From positions 170,701 through 234,700 of the forward strand of contig CAYPRT010000002.1 of NCBI GenBank assembly GCA_964413155.1: a DNA stretch of 64,000 nucleotides. Direction: 5' to 3'. The translations under genes and the position numbers were made by a program. The notes under the pieces were generated by a model that saw only the letters and a list, made by a program, of their open reading frames with translations, was not told the DNA's origin and searched no databases. Below, one piece after another: positions 28,913 to 40,200 of this stretch. This DNA comes from an uncultured Hyphomicrobiales bacterium (GTDB lineage Bacteria > Bacteroidota > Ignavibacteria > Kapaibacteriales > UBA2268). Within the stretch, counting starts at the first letter, position 1, and each line of letters opens with the position of its first letter.

Positions 28913-30990
28913 TTATTTTGATTTTCCTTTTTCAAAGTATTTACAACCATAAAGAGTTTCTGCTCATCAATCTTAACTGGAATAATTTTTTGAAGATTTT
29001 TCAACCAATTGTCGACCAAACGTTTCTGCAAAATTTCTTGAACATCAGTGGCAAAATCTGGAATTGCCTCTTCGAAAGTTTTTTCTCGTTCAGGCTCAAA
29101 ATTATTTATTCGGACAATAGAATAACCCCCATCGTATTCAATAGGACCAACTATACTACCTACAGTTGCTCTCATTTCATACAATTTTTGAGCAAGTTTG
29201 CTTTCTTTTGTGGTAATCCGACCAAGATAACCTTTCTTTTCGCGAAGATTTGCCCTTTGTGTAAACTGACTTGCCAATTGTTCAAAGTCTTCGCCTTTTT
29301 TTGTAATTCTTTCGTATATTTCTTTAGCAAGTGAATCTTTCAAAACATAAATTTCATTAACATCATATGCAGGGTAGGTCTTATACTTCGACTTGTTCTT
29401 TTCCCAATATTCGCGGGCAAGTGCAGTGTCTAACTTTAATTTATCCCAAACTTCCAAGGCTTCAACTTTAAAAAGAAGAATTCCATCGCGAAACTCTTTC
29501 ATCATAGAAGCAAATTCGGGATTTTGGCTTTCAAGGTTTTCGGTTGCTTTGTCGATAACCAATGGATAAACTATTTTGTTTATTGCATTTGTAAGCCCTG
29601 CCCAATTTAAAGCAGTTGTTCGAAGGTCGCCTCTATGTCTTAATATCCCCAGAAATTCGTCGACAGTGTATTGTTTATTCAAAATTTCAAACAATTTTTC
29701 TTTTAATATTTCATTTTTGATATTATTTTTCCAAGCCGTATCGAGAAGTGTTTTAGTTGTATCAAGCATAGATAGTAATTTTGAAAACACTTCATTGTTA
29801 ATCGAAAAACCGTATGATTTTTGCAGTTTTTCAACTAATTCCTTCTTTTCGGTTTCGAAATATAATCGCTTATAAAGTCGTTTTAATTCTTCGCGTTCCT
29901 CATCAGGATTGAATTTGGATGTACTATCGCGACGAATAATATGGAAGCCATATTCTGTATAGACGGGTTTGGAAACTTCACCATCGCGCAAAGAAAACAA
30001 TGCTTCTTCGAAACTTGAAGTAAAAAACCTACCCGAAGGTTCAAGCCCACTTGAACGAGAATACCATCCACCAAAATCACCGCCACGCATCGAAGAAGAT
30101 GGGTCGTCGGAATTCTCCTCGGCAAGTCGGCCAAAATCCATTCCAGCTTTAATCAATGCATAGATACTATCGGCTTTCTTAAGTGCGGTAACTGAATCTC
30201 GATTTGGAGTAACTGAAATTAAAATATGTTTTCCTTTAACTTTAATTCGAGGTTCAAGTTTGTTCAGTTTGATAATAAAATAACCAAATTTGCTTTTTAT
30301 TGGGTAAGGATAAAATTCACCAGGTTTCAAGGAAAAGATTACATCTTCAATTGGTTTTTGAACTTTTCCCCCTGTAATGTAATTTAGAATTAAACCACCT
30401 CTTTCAGCCGACTCTTTATCTTGAGAAGAATCTTTTGCAAGTTTTGCAAAATCTGCACCATTTTTGAGCATTTCTATCAAATTCATTGCTCGCTTGAAAG
30501 TAGGCATTGTATCGGGATTATCCGATGGGAACTGAACAAAAATATAGGAAACCTGTGCCTCCCAATTCCGATAACGAAGCATCCTTTCTACACTTGGTTC
30601 AACAAGATTCTTTTCGAAAAAGAAAGTTTCGGCAAGCAACCTTCGGTTGTTTTTTATTTCCTCGCTAATGGCAGAATCTTTATCCAGTCCTCGCCGCAAA
30701 GCATCATTGACTTTCAAACGATATCGAACATAAAGATTTACAAAATCAAGGAGACTATCCTTTGGTAACAAGAACAATGGGGAACTTTTCTTGGCAAGAT
30801 TTTTTGAATATGCCTTTTCCAGGTCGTAATAGGTTATCTTTTCGTTGCCAACGCTTGCTACAACTGTTTCTTTAATATCCTTGCTTTTCTTTGTAGGAGC
30901 TTTACCTAAATTTTTTTGAGCATCAAGTTCTGCGGTTTCAAATAGCATTACAAAAAGGAAAACCGTAGCAATTCCCAAGAGTTGTTTCAT
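28909..30990 (-). CDS. Multi-parvulin peptidyl-prolyl cis-trans isomerase
   Basis: Signal peptide; 'FAKLAKDSSQD', 'FGRLAEENSDD', 'TEYGFHII', 'FEQLASQF'. Confidence 0.9.
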   Translation of the reverse strand: MKQLLGIATVFLFVMLFETAELDAQKNLGKAPTKKSKDIKETVVASVGNEKITYYDLEKAYSKNLAKKSSPLFLLPKDSLLDFVNLYVRYRLKVNDALRRGLDKDSAISEEIKNNRRLLAETFFFEKNLVEPSVERMLRYRNWEAQVSYIFVQFPSDNPDTMPTFKRAMNLIEMLKNGADFAKLAKDSSQDKESAERGGLILNYITGGKVQKPIEDVIFSLKPGEFYPYPIKSKFGYFIIKLNKLEPRIKVKGKHILISVTPNRDSVTALKKADSIYALIKAGMDFGRLAEENSDDPSSSMRGGDFGGWYSRSSGLEPSGRFFTSSFEEALFSLRDGEVSKPVYTEYGFHIIRRDSTSKFNPDEEREELKRLYKRLYFETEKKELVEKLQKSYGFSINNEVFSKLLSMLDTTKTLLDTAWKNNIKNEILKEKLFEILNKQYTVDEFLGILRHRGDLRTTALNWAGLTNAINKIVYPLVIDKATENLESQNPEFASMMKEFRDGILLFKVEALEVWDKLKLDTALAREYWEKNKSKYKTYPAYDVNEIYVLKDSLAKEIYERITKKGEDFEQLASQFTQRANLREKKGYLGRITTKESKLAQKLYEMRATVGSIVGPIEYDGGYSIVRINNFEPEREKTFEEAIPDFATDVQEILQKRLVDNWLKNLQKIIPVKIDEQKLFMVVNTLKKENQNK

Positions 30991-30994
30991 AGTA

Positions 30995-31012
30995 CAAACC
31001 TAATAAAAAAAT
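30995..31012 (-). repeat. 18-nt element ATTTTTTTATTAGGTTTG, copy 2 (4 nt upstream of the ATG)
   Basis: Identical to 793-810. Confidence 0.6.
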
Positions 31013-31075
31013 GCAAATTAATAAAAATTACAAAAACTTATTGTAATTTGCATTTACAAAGTAGTTTCAAAATTA

Positions 31076-31495
31076 ATGGACATTTTTAATAAAATTTTAG
31101 ATTTGCTTATGTTTCGGGTTGGAACTGAACAATCCGAAAATGGGAAAGTAACTCCAATTGTTACTCTTGGTTCAATAGCTTGGGGAATTTTGTTACGAAG
31201 TGCTATTGTTATTTTTCTAAGTTTTATCTTCATGAGTATTTATTCAAACAGAAAATTTTGGTGGTTATCCCTCCTTATATTATGGCTCTTTGCAGCCTAT
31301 CCTGGTTGGAAGCAATACCAATTTTATAAAAAGCATATACAAGATGTTTTCGAGTCAACTCTTTGCGGAAAATGTTTGCATTTCGATGAAACTGGTCAAC
31401 TGTGCAAACTTTATGATGAACATATCTACGAAGGGTATGTTCCTTGCAATGGCCTAGATTGGGAACCTAAACCTTTCGAAGAGCAAAATGAATGA
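31076..31495 (+). CDS. Hypothetical 2-TM protein with a C-terminal four-Cys cluster
   Basis: Two hydrophobic helices, then 'CGKCLHFDETGQLCKLYDEHIYEGYVPC'. It fills the gap upstream of def in the same orientation. Confidence 0.75.
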   Translation: MDIFNKILDLLMFRVGTEQSENGKVTPIVTLGSIAWGILLRSAIVIFLSFIFMSIYSNRKFWWLSLLILWLFAAYPGWKQYQFYKKHIQDVFESTLCGKCLHFDETGQLCKLYDEHIYEGYVPCNGLDWEPKPFEEQNE

Positions 31496-31543
31496 AATAA
31501 TAATTTTTAGATTTCGTTAATATTTTTTTAAACTTGGTTAAAT

Positions 31544-32122
31544 ATGGTGTTACCAATTTATAATGCATTTCATCCTATTTTGAAACAAAAAACAAGCGAG
31601 GTAATTAATATTGACAACGAAATTCATCAACTCATAAAAGATATGTATGAAACTATGGAATTTGCCGAAGGTATAGGTTTGGCAGCAAACCAGGTTGGAA
31701 TGTTAATTTCAATTTTAACTGTTAACGATATTTATGATGAAAACGAAAAACTAATACACCCCAAAAAAGCCTACATTAACCCAGTTATCGAATCGAGCAG
31801 CGAAGAAACTGATGACTTCAACGAAGGATGTCTTTCCGTACCTGAATTACGCGAAGTTGTTACTCGACCGAAGGAAATTCAAATTCGATATATTGATATT
31901 AACGGCAAGGAAAATAAAGAAACCGTAGACGGTTTGCTCGCTCGCGTGCTCCAACACGAAATCGACCATCTTAATGGCATCCTCTTTTTTGAAAGAATTT
32001 CTCCATTTCGAAGGACATTAATCCAAAATAAGTTGAAAAAAATAAAAAAGGGACTTATCATTCCTGATTATCCAATGGTTTTACCTTCGGGACAACTCAC
32101 AAAAGAGCTCTCCACAATTTAG
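31544..32122 (+). CDS. def: Peptide deformylase
   Basis: 'GIGLAANQVG', 'EGCLSVP', 'HEIDHLNG'. Confidence 0.98.
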   Translation: MVLPIYNAFHPILKQKTSEVINIDNEIHQLIKDMYETMEFAEGIGLAANQVGMLISILTVNDIYDENEKLIHPKKAYINPVIESSSEETDDFNEGCLSVPELREVVTRPKEIQIRYIDINGKENKETVDGLLARVLQHEIDHLNGILFFERISPFRRTLIQNKLKKIKKGLIIPDYPMVLPSGQLTKELSTI

Positions 32123-32145
32123 TTAAGTTCGTATTTTTTCAAACT

Positions 32146-32173
32146 GTAACAATCAATTAACATTTTATTAACA
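32146..32173 (+). promoter_or_regulatory. Pho-box-like array: three (G/T)TAACA repeats at an 11-nt period
   Basis: TAACA starts at 32147, 32158 and 32169; TAATTTTG follows at 32183-32190, upstream of the response regulator. Confidence 0.7.
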
Positions 32174-32208
32174 AAGTTCTATTAATTTTGTTTGTTAAGG
32201 GTAATCAT

Positions 32209-32922
32209 ATGGAAAACCAAAAATTTAAAAAGTCCATTGATGAACAAGTTATAGCAATAGTCGACGACGAAGATGATATTTTGGAACTTGTTAGTCTTCA
32301 TCTTCGTCGTCATAATTTTGTTACAATGGAGTTTCGCGACATTTCAACATTTTATCGGCATATTGAATCAGAAATACCAGACCTAATAATTTTGGATTTA
32401 ATGTTGCCCGATGCAGATGGAATGGAGGTATGTAAGTTTTTGAAAAACAATAACAATTTCAAGCACATCCCAATAATCATTTTAACTGCAAAAGGGGATG
32501 AAATGGAAAAAGTATTAGGTTTGGAACTCGGCGCGGATGACTATGTCACCAAACCTTTTTCTCCACGAGAACTTGTAGCCAGAGTTAAAGCAGTGCTCCG
32601 TCGGGATCAAAAGGAAGATATACCAAACGTTTTAACTTTTGGAAACATCTTGAAAGTTGATTTCAGAAAATTCGAAGTATTCGTGGAAAATAAAAAAGTG
32701 GAACTAACCCCAAGCGAGTTTAAGATATTATCTCTTTTGCTTAAAAGAAAAGGCTGGGCTTTTTCTCGTGAAGCAATTCTCGAAGAACTTGGAGGCATCG
32801 AAAAAGGTGTTCTGGATCGTACTGTCGATGTTCATATTAAAAATTTACGAGAAAAACTTGCTTCTGCGGGTAAATTCATAAAAAACATCAGAGGTTTCGG
32901 TTACAAGATTTCCGAAGATTGA
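32209..32922 (+). CDS. phoB: OmpR/PhoB family response regulator (PhoB/PhoP-like)
   Basis: Receiver 'IVDDED', 'LDLMLP', 'LGADDYVTKPFSPREL'; winged helix 'LTPSEF', 'RTVDVHIKNLREKL', 'RGFGY'. Confidence 0.8.
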   Translation: MENQKFKKSIDEQVIAIVDDEDDILELVSLHLRRHNFVTMEFRDISTFYRHIESEIPDLIILDLMLPDADGMEVCKFLKNNNNFKHIPIIILTAKGDEMEKVLGLELGADDYVTKPFSPRELVARVKAVLRRDQKEDIPNVLTFGNILKVDFRKFEVFVENKKVELTPSEFKILSLLLKRKGWAFSREAILEELGGIEKGVLDRTVDVHIKNLREKLASAGKFIKNIRGFGYKISED

Positions 32923-34640
32923 TGAAAAAGTTTTCCACCCTTGTTTTTTCTTCATTCATAACAATATCTTTAGTTTTTGCCATTATTTTAACATATCAAA
33001 CACTTAGTTCATTCAAAAATTTTTTCATTAAGTTCCAATTAAAAGAGTTAGAAAAAATCAACTTTATTCTTTCCTTGATCCTTAAACAATATTATTCACC
33101 TATTGATGGAATTCAAAATGAATTCTTGCAATATATCAACTCTATCGATTCCTTACTAAATCTCCGAATCACAATAATAACCTCAAATGGTAATGTTATT
33201 GCAGAATCTCGTGCAAAGAGTCAAATTCTTGAAAATCATAAGGAACGCCCAGAAATTGTTCAAGCAATCAACAATGGCAAAGGTTTTGCAATTAGATATA
33301 GTAAGACACTTAAAGCAGAGTATATCTATTTTGCAACAAAAATAAATCTACCTGACAACTATTTTGTAATTCAAAGAATTAGTATTCCCAAAGAAAGTCT
33401 GAATTTATACTTCTTAGAATTACAACAAAAAATTATTTTAATTTTTTTAGCATTATTTAGTACCGTATTCCTTATTTCCTTCATATTGTCCAAACAACTA
33501 ACCAAACCTATACTTGAGGTAATGGAGGCCTCGAAAAATGTAGCTGCTGGAAACCTTGATATTCAACTTAATGAGAAAGGCGAAACAGAGTTATCCCTTT
33601 TGAAGCAAAATTTTAACGAAATGATTAGGGAAATGAAAAAGTCTTTCGAAAAATTAACCGAACAACGAAATTTTATGAAAAATCTGATTGAATCAATTGA
33701 ACAAGCTCTTGCAATAATCAACAACGACTTGACCTTGAGTTTTGCAAATAAAAATTACAAAGATCTCCTTCAGGTGCAAGGTAAAGACATAGATTTCAAA
33801 GATGAAAGAATTCCCAGCCAAATAAAATCAACTTTCGAAGACAAAAAGGCAAATTCAATTGAAATTGAATTAGAGGGTAAAACTTACATTTCAACCACAA
33901 AATATCTGGAAACCGGAAACCAAATTCTACACCTTCTTTACGACATAACAATGTTAAAGAAAATTGAAAATATAAAAAAAGATTTTGTAGCAAATGTTTC
34001 TCATGAACTTCGGACACCACTGACTGCAATAAAAGGATATATTGAAACACTCGAAGAAGAAATTTCCCCAGAACATCTTCGTTATGTTGAAACCATAAAA
34101 AAGAACACAGAAAGGATAATCCATATTGTCGATGACCTTCTTACCTTGATGTCGCTCGAAGATGTCTCGTCGAAATTAATCGTGAGCGAAGTAGACCTTT
34201 ACGAACTCATAAATCAAATTTCGCCAACCTTTAAGCAAAGGTTAGAAGAAAAGAAATTAAAATTGGAGCTGAAATGCAAAAATGATTTCCCCAAAATTCT
34301 GGCAGATTCTTTTCGTTTGGAACAAGTTTTTATTAATTTAATTGACAACGCTATAAAATATTCCGAAAAAGGGACAATAAGAATAGAACTATCGACCGAA
34401 GACGAAGACACGGTAAAGATAGTTGTTAGCGACGAAGGCATTGGTATACCAAAAGAACATTTAGACAGAATTTTCGAACGTTTTTACACTGTGGATAAAT
34501 CCCATTCCCGAAAACAGGGAGGAACTGGCTTGGGACTTTCTATTGTTAAACATATTATTTTACTTCACGATGGTAACATCCAAGTTCAAAGCGAAGAAGG
34601 CAAAGGAACAAAATTCATTATCCACTTACCTGTAAGTTAA
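32922..34640 (+). CDS. phoR: Sensor histidine kinase, PhoR-like (2 TM, HAMP, PAS-like, HisKA, HATPase)
   Basis: 'DFVANVSHELRTPLTAIKGYIETL', 'NLIDNAIKY', 'FERFYTVDKSHSRKQGGTGLGLSIVKH'. Confidence 0.8.
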   Translation: MKKFSTLVFSSFITISLVFAIILTYQTLSSFKNFFIKFQLKELEKINFILSLILKQYYSPIDGIQNEFLQYINSIDSLLNLRITIITSNGNVIAESRAKSQILENHKERPEIVQAINNGKGFAIRYSKTLKAEYIYFATKINLPDNYFVIQRISIPKESLNLYFLELQQKIILIFLALFSTVFLISFILSKQLTKPILEVMEASKNVAAGNLDIQLNEKGETELSLLKQNFNEMIREMKKSFEKLTEQRNFMKNLIESIEQALAIINNDLTLSFANKNYKDLLQVQGKDIDFKDERIPSQIKSTFEDKKANSIEIELEGKTYISTTKYLETGNQILHLLYDITMLKKIENIKKDFVANVSHELRTPLTAIKGYIETLEEEISPEHLRYVETIKKNTERIIHIVDDLLTLMSLEDVSSKLIVSEVDLYELINQISPTFKQRLEEKKLKLELKCKNDFPKILADSFRLEQVFINLIDNAIKYSEKGTIRIELSTEDEDTVKIVVSDEGIGIPKEHLDRIFERFYTVDKSHSRKQGGTGLGLSIVKHIILLHDGNIQVQSEEGKGTKFIIHLPVS

Positions 34641-34677
34641 ACCTCTCTTTGTAATTTTGTTTTTTTTGAAATAATAA

Positions 34678-36000
34678 TTGAAACTTAGCGAAAATCTCGA
34701 TAAAGTACTATGGAGCTTGCTCGATAAAGGGCTTTATGTACTTTTTGGTTTTGTTTCTTTATTGCAAATTCGCCGACTTGACCCTTCCATTCTTGGAATT
34801 TATGCTCTTTTAATTGGTATACATACTTGGCTTTTCATTATTGTTGACTCTTTTTTCCTTCAGGGAATAATTCAATTTGGATTTAATTCAGAAACTGAAC
34901 GGAGGACAAATACTTTTGCTCTGCTTTGTACAATTATTTTTGTTTTTGTAATCTCTTTATTTTTTTCGCTTTTATCGGATTTTTGGGTAAGTATTTTTAA
35001 AGAACAAGGTTTAAGGCTAGTTGCGTTTTATCTCCCATTCCTTTCAATTTTAACAATACCAAGGGTTTACACTTTGAAGTTTGCATTTAAACATTCGAAT
35101 ATGCTACTTCTCTTTCTTGTAAATGCTGCCTTTTTTATCCCTATGTCCATTTTAACAATTTATTTATTCTTCCAACTCAAATCATTTTCTTTCCAAACGA
35201 TGATGTTAATTTATTTTACAGGGACTTTGATTAGTTCAATAACTGGGGTTATACTTTTAAAAAAATATATTAGACTTGGTTTCAAAGGTAATCAAAAATT
35301 AAAAGACTACTTAAAATTTGGTTTGTCAATTTTAAGTTATTCGATTTCACATAGCATTCCTCGGCAACTCGATGTTTTTATTTTGCAATATTTCTTTCAA
35401 AGCAAAATAGTTGGAATTTATTATTCGGCAAAAACATTGTTCCGTTTATTCGAAGAGGGATTAAACGCAGGTTTTGGTTTGGTTTACCCAACCGCCGTTC
35501 GTATGATTGCAAAAAGTAAGCAACAAGAATTACAAAGTCTAATTTATAAGTCAACATCTTTCACTTTCATAACAATTTTTATTACTTTTCTTTTTTTAGA
35601 ACTTGGGGGTTCTGAATTTATTATTAAATTTCTTTTACCATTTCGGTACTTAATGTCTATCTCCTATTTCAACTTAATGATGGTGGCAAGCTTATTTATG
35701 CCTTTCCAACTTGGATTGTCGGTGTTAATTGCACAAAATAAACTTAAACCAGTTTCAATTTATTATTTCGTTTCCTCGTTATGTTCTGTTATTGTTCTTT
35801 TTATTGTTGGAAAATTAAACACCCCCAACCTAACTCCACTCGGTATTGTTAGTTATTATATAATTCTTGGTTTATTATCATACTTCCATATTCAAAAAGA
35901 GTTCAGCTTTAAGATAACTAATGTGTTAAAAGGTTTTGAAGACATTTTAAATTTTATCAAAAAGAGCCAAAAAACTTTCGAAAGAAAAAATAGAGATTAG
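34678..36000 (+). CDS. Wzx-like oligosaccharide flippase (MOP superfamily)
   Basis: About 12 TM segments; 'LDVFILQYFFQSKIVGIYYSAKTLF'; TTG start preceded by TAATTTTG at 34652. Confidence 0.8.
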   Translation: MKLSENLDKVLWSLLDKGLYVLFGFVSLLQIRRLDPSILGIYALLIGIHTWLFIIVDSFFLQGIIQFGFNSETERRTNTFALLCTIIFVFVISLFFSLLSDFWVSIFKEQGLRLVAFYLPFLSILTIPRVYTLKFAFKHSNMLLLFLVNAAFFIPMSILTIYLFFQLKSFSFQTMMLIYFTGTLISSITGVILLKKYIRLGFKGNQKLKDYLKFGLSILSYSISHSIPRQLDVFILQYFFQSKIVGIYYSAKTLFRLFEEGLNAGFGLVYPTAVRMIAKSKQQELQSLIYKSTSFTFITIFITFLFLELGGSEFIIKFLLPFRYLMSISYFNLMMVASLFMPFQLGLSVLIAQNKLKPVSIYYFVSSLCSVIVLFIVGKLNTPNLTPLGIVSYYIILGLLSYFHIQKEFSFKITNVLKGFEDILNFIKKSQKTFERKNRD

Positions 36001-36066
36001 ATAACTATCCTTGCTTCTTTGAGGTTTTAAAAAGGTAAATTTCAAGTTAATTATTAAATTTCCTTC

Positions 36067-36086
36067 GGGGTGAGGGAACTCACCCC
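36067..36086. terminator. GC-rich hairpin between the convergent flippase and aldolase genes
   Basis: GGGGTGAG-GGAA-CTCACCCC, an 8-bp stem 7 nt beyond the aldolase stop; no clear T-tract. Confidence 0.55.
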
Positions 36087-36093
36087 TAAAATA

Positions 36094-37158
36094 TTAAGCA
36101 ATTGTGATTTCGTTGCACAGGTAAACATCTTGAATAGTATTCAGAAGTTTGATACCTTCTTCCATTGGTTTTTGGAATGCTTTTCTACCCGAGATTAATC
36201 CCATACCACCAGCACGCTTGTTTATGACAGCAGTTTTTGTTGCTTCGGCTAAATCATTTTCGCCAGAGGCACCGCCACTATTAATTAGCCCAATCTTGCC
36301 CATAAAATTATTAACAACTTGGTATCTGCATAGGTCGATAGGATGTTCCGATGTAAGCTCGGAATAAATTCTTTTGTCATATTTGCCATAAGACTTTCCT
36401 TCGGCATTAAGAGCTAAGTACCCACCATTGTTTTCAGGAAGTTTTTGTTTAATTATGTCCGCTTGCAATGTAGCTCCAAGATAATTTGCCTGCCCAGTAA
36501 GGTCAGCAGAAACGTGATAGTCTTTATCTTTTTTAAAAGCAGAGTTTCTAAGATAGCACCAAAGAATTGTAGCCATACCAAGTTCGTGGGCAAAAGCAAA
36601 AGCTTCGGAAATTTCAACAATTTGACGATTACTTTCGGGGCTACCAAAGTAAATTGTAGCTCCGACGGCAACTGCTCCCATATTGTATGCTTCTTCGATA
36701 GTTCCAAAGAGGATTTGGTCATATTTGTTTGGATAGGTTAAAAGCTCATTATGATTGATTTTAACAATAAATGGGATTTTATGAGCATATTTACGAGCAA
36801 CCATACCAAGAACCCCAAAAGTAGAGGCAACAGCATTGCAACCTCCTTCAATAGCAAGTTTAACAATGTTCTCGGGGTCAAAGTAAATAGGATTTTTGGC
36901 GAAACTCGCTCCAGCCGAATGCTCAACACCTTGGTCGATTGGTAAAATCGAAAGGTAACCAGTTCCAGCAAGTCTTCCGTGGTTGAAAAGCCTATAAAGA
37001 TTAGCAAGCACTCTGTTATTACGATCTGAATTTGCAAAAACTCTATCAATAAAATCGGGACCAGGAAGTGTTAATAACTCTTTGGGAACTTTTGGATTAG
37101 AAAAACTAAGTAGAAATTCTGTTTCGTTTCCAAGTAAAGACTGAATTTTCTCGAACAT
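36094..37158 (-). CDS. fbaB: Class I fructose-bisphosphate aldolase (DhnA/FbaB type)
   Basis: '[33 protein letters not shown]', 'ADIIKQKLP', 'SGRKAFQ'; GGAGG SD. Confidence 0.97.
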   Translation of the reverse strand: MFEKIQSLLGNETEFLLSFSNPKVPKELLTLPGPDFIDRVFANSDRNNRVLANLYRLFNHGRLAGTGYLSILPIDQGVEHSAGASFAKNPIYFDPENIVKLAIEGGCNAVASTFGVLGMVARKYAHKIPFIVKINHNELLTYPNKYDQILFGTIEEAYNMGAVAVGATIYFGSPESNRQIVEISEAFAFAHELGMATILWCYLRNSAFKKDKDYHVSADLTGQANYLGATLQADIIKQKLPENNGGYLALNAEGKSYGKYDKRIYSELTSEHPIDLCRYQVVNNFMGKIGLINSGGASGENDLAEATKTAVINKRAGGMGLISGRKAFQKPMEEGIKLLNTIQDVYLCNEITIA

Positions 37159-37292
37159 AAATCCTCCAATGAAACCAAAATAACTATGTACAAAAATAAA
37201 ATAAAAAATTGAACTTATAAAAGGTTATAGAAGTTAGCAGGAATGAATTAATAAAAAATTTTTTAAATTAAAAAAGTAAAAGAAGTGCGACA

Positions 37293-40200
37293 ATGAAAAA
37301 ATTATTATTATTTTTTGGAATATTAATTGGGACGTCTTTATTAACCTTTAGCAAGGAAAGGTTCGAATATGATGACCCTGCGCGCCGTGCGGAGGAATTT
37401 AATAAACAAAGGGCTTATCCATTTGAAAAAATACCAGATTTCGCAAGGCAAAAAGCATTCGAACAAGCAGAATTGTTATACCAAAAACTATCCCCAAATC
37501 TTCTACTCGCCGAACAACCTGAATGGAAACCAATAGGTCCATTCGACATTGGAGGAAGGATAAAATCTATCGTATTCCACCCAACTAAAAAAGGATTAGT
37601 ATATGCCGCTGCTGCTGCTGGGGGAATTTGGCGTTCCACTAATTTTGGTAACTTCTGGGAACCTATTTTCGATCACGAAAATGGTATTGCATTTGGAGCC
37701 CTGGCAATCGACTTAAATAATCCCAATATTTTATATGCTGGAACTGGTGAATCTGTAATTGGAGGTGGGACAATTTATCTTGGCAACGGAATTTATAAAA
37801 CAACTGATGGCGGGAACACTTGGAAACTTCTTGGATTAGCTGAAGTTGGTGCTTTTTCAAGGATTTATGTCCATCCCAAAAACTCAAACATTGTGGTGGC
37901 AGGTGCAACAATTCGGATGCCTGGTTTTTACATTTCAACTGATGCTGGACAAAGTTGGGCTCGAATGATTGATAAAAATGTTACAGATGTTTCACTTAAT
38001 CCAGAAAATCCGACTGAATATTTAATCGCAATTAATGGTGAAGGAGTTTACTACACAAGTGATATGGGTAAGAATTGGGAAAAGCGAAGCAAAAATTTTG
38101 AGCAACCATTTGGTAGAATATCAGTAAAATTTGCACCTTCCGACCCAAATATTGCTTATGCTCTTCTTGATGTGAATTCCAGCGGATTAATTTACCGAAC
38201 TACAAATAAAGGCTTGGATTGGATTCTTGTTTTTCGAGGAGACCAGACCTTCTTTCGTGGACAAGGTTTTTACGATAACTTCATTGAAGTCCATCCAACA
38301 AACCCAAATTTGGTTTTGGCTGGTGGTATTGATGTTTTCCGTACATCCGATGGGAAAACTTGGACAAATGTAACCAATGGCTATAGTGGTGGGAATGTCC
38401 ACGTAGACCAACATTGTGCCGCTTTCAATCCAATTGACCCCAACATTGTAATGTTAGGTAACGATGGAGGAATTTACTTCTCGTCCGATGCAGGAATTAA
38501 TTGGGTTGTAAGAAACAACAATTTGCAAGTTACCCAATTTTATGGTTTCGACATTGACAATACTCAGCCAAATATTAATTACGGGGGCACACAGGATAAT
38601 GGAACAATTGGCAACGATGCCGACACAAACTGGAATTTTATTGCTGGTGGCGATGGTTTCAGAACTGTTGTGGACTACGGTAACCCCAACATAGTTTATG
38701 GCCAGAGTACACCAGGTGGAGTAATCAAACCTTTTACACTTAACATCAAAACTGGTGCTTTCACTTACCTTGATAATGGTATCGACCTTTCTGATGCGGT
38801 ATGGGACCCGCCATTAATTATCGACCCACAAATAAATACGATACTATACTATGGTAGAACAAAACTTTATGCAAGTTACAACGGCGGTAGCAATTGGGAA
38901 CTACTTCGTACTCCTATTTCAAATGGAAGATTTACTTCAATAGATGTTTCCTCACTTAATTCCGAGCACATAATGGCAGGTACCAGTGGTGGCGACCTAA
39001 TTATCACAACCGATGGTGGCGAAAAATGGGCAAACCTTTCAGGAAATGGTTTGGTAAATCGATGGGTTACTGATATCGCATTCTCTAATCAAACCGAAGG
39101 TAAAGCATATGTAACTTTTTCTGGGTTTTATACGCCACATATTTTCAAAACAACCAACTTTGGACAAACTTGGATAAATATTAGCAGGTCTTTCCCTGAT
39201 ATTCCTGTCAACACAATTGCTTTGCATCCTTTCAACGATGAAATTATTTTTGCTGGAACGGATATCGGAGTTTTCGCTTCCTATGACGGCGGAGCAAATT
39301 GGTTTCCCTTTGGTAAAAAACTTCCGAAAAGTCCCGTAACAGATATGAAATTTTGTAAATATTCTTTGACTTCGCAATCTATTCCATTACGAGTGGCGAC
39401 TCACGGCAGAGGAATTTGGGAAGCACAAGTTCCAATTGATGTAATAAGCAGTTTCGAAATCACTTCTCCAAGCGGAGGCGAAATCTTCGTAAGTTCCACC
39501 CAAACCTTAATCTCTTGGTACGGTTTCGCTCCCCCAGTTCGTGTCGAATTCTCTGCCGACGATGGTCAGAGTTGGCGACCAATTGCAGAAAATGTTGTCT
39601 CGTCCCCACTTCTCTGGACTTTACCAAATATTGAGACAGATTTCGCAAGAGTTCGTATTACTTCCCTTTCCAACCCGGAGCAAACAAAAGTTTCATATAC
39701 ATTTTCGATTTCTTTAATTGAAAAAGGCTCAATTTTGAAGGCAACCAGCGTGAATTTTACCCCCTATGGAATAGCTTACGATGGGAAAGAAGGCCTTTGG
39801 GTAACCAGCTTCAATTCGAACCAATTAGTAAAACTTAATGCCAATACTTTTGAAAGAGAAAAAAGTGTAACAATCCCAGGGGATAGCCTTTTTACCGATA
39901 TTGCTTACGACCGTGACAATGATATTATTTATATTCACAGAATGAACAGTACAAGTGGTAATGGTGGAAACATTATAATTGTCGATACAAATGGAAAATT
40001 GATAAGGCAATTCCCTTCACCCGCAAATGTATATCCTATTGGTCTTGAAGTTTTTGACGGCAAGATCCTTGTCGGCGACAGGGACAAAAAGGACCAATTT
40101 GGTAAACAACTTCTAATGGTAGTAGATCCAAATAGTGGAACAGTTGAAGCAACCTATCCAAATCCTTATTCAAAAACATACGGTCCTCGTGGTTTAGCAT

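Noticed and set aside
37210-37237. Third ECF promoter upstream of the T9SS protein (TGAACTT...GTTAG)
   Set aside because: The -10 element is off by one in spacing and a poor match.
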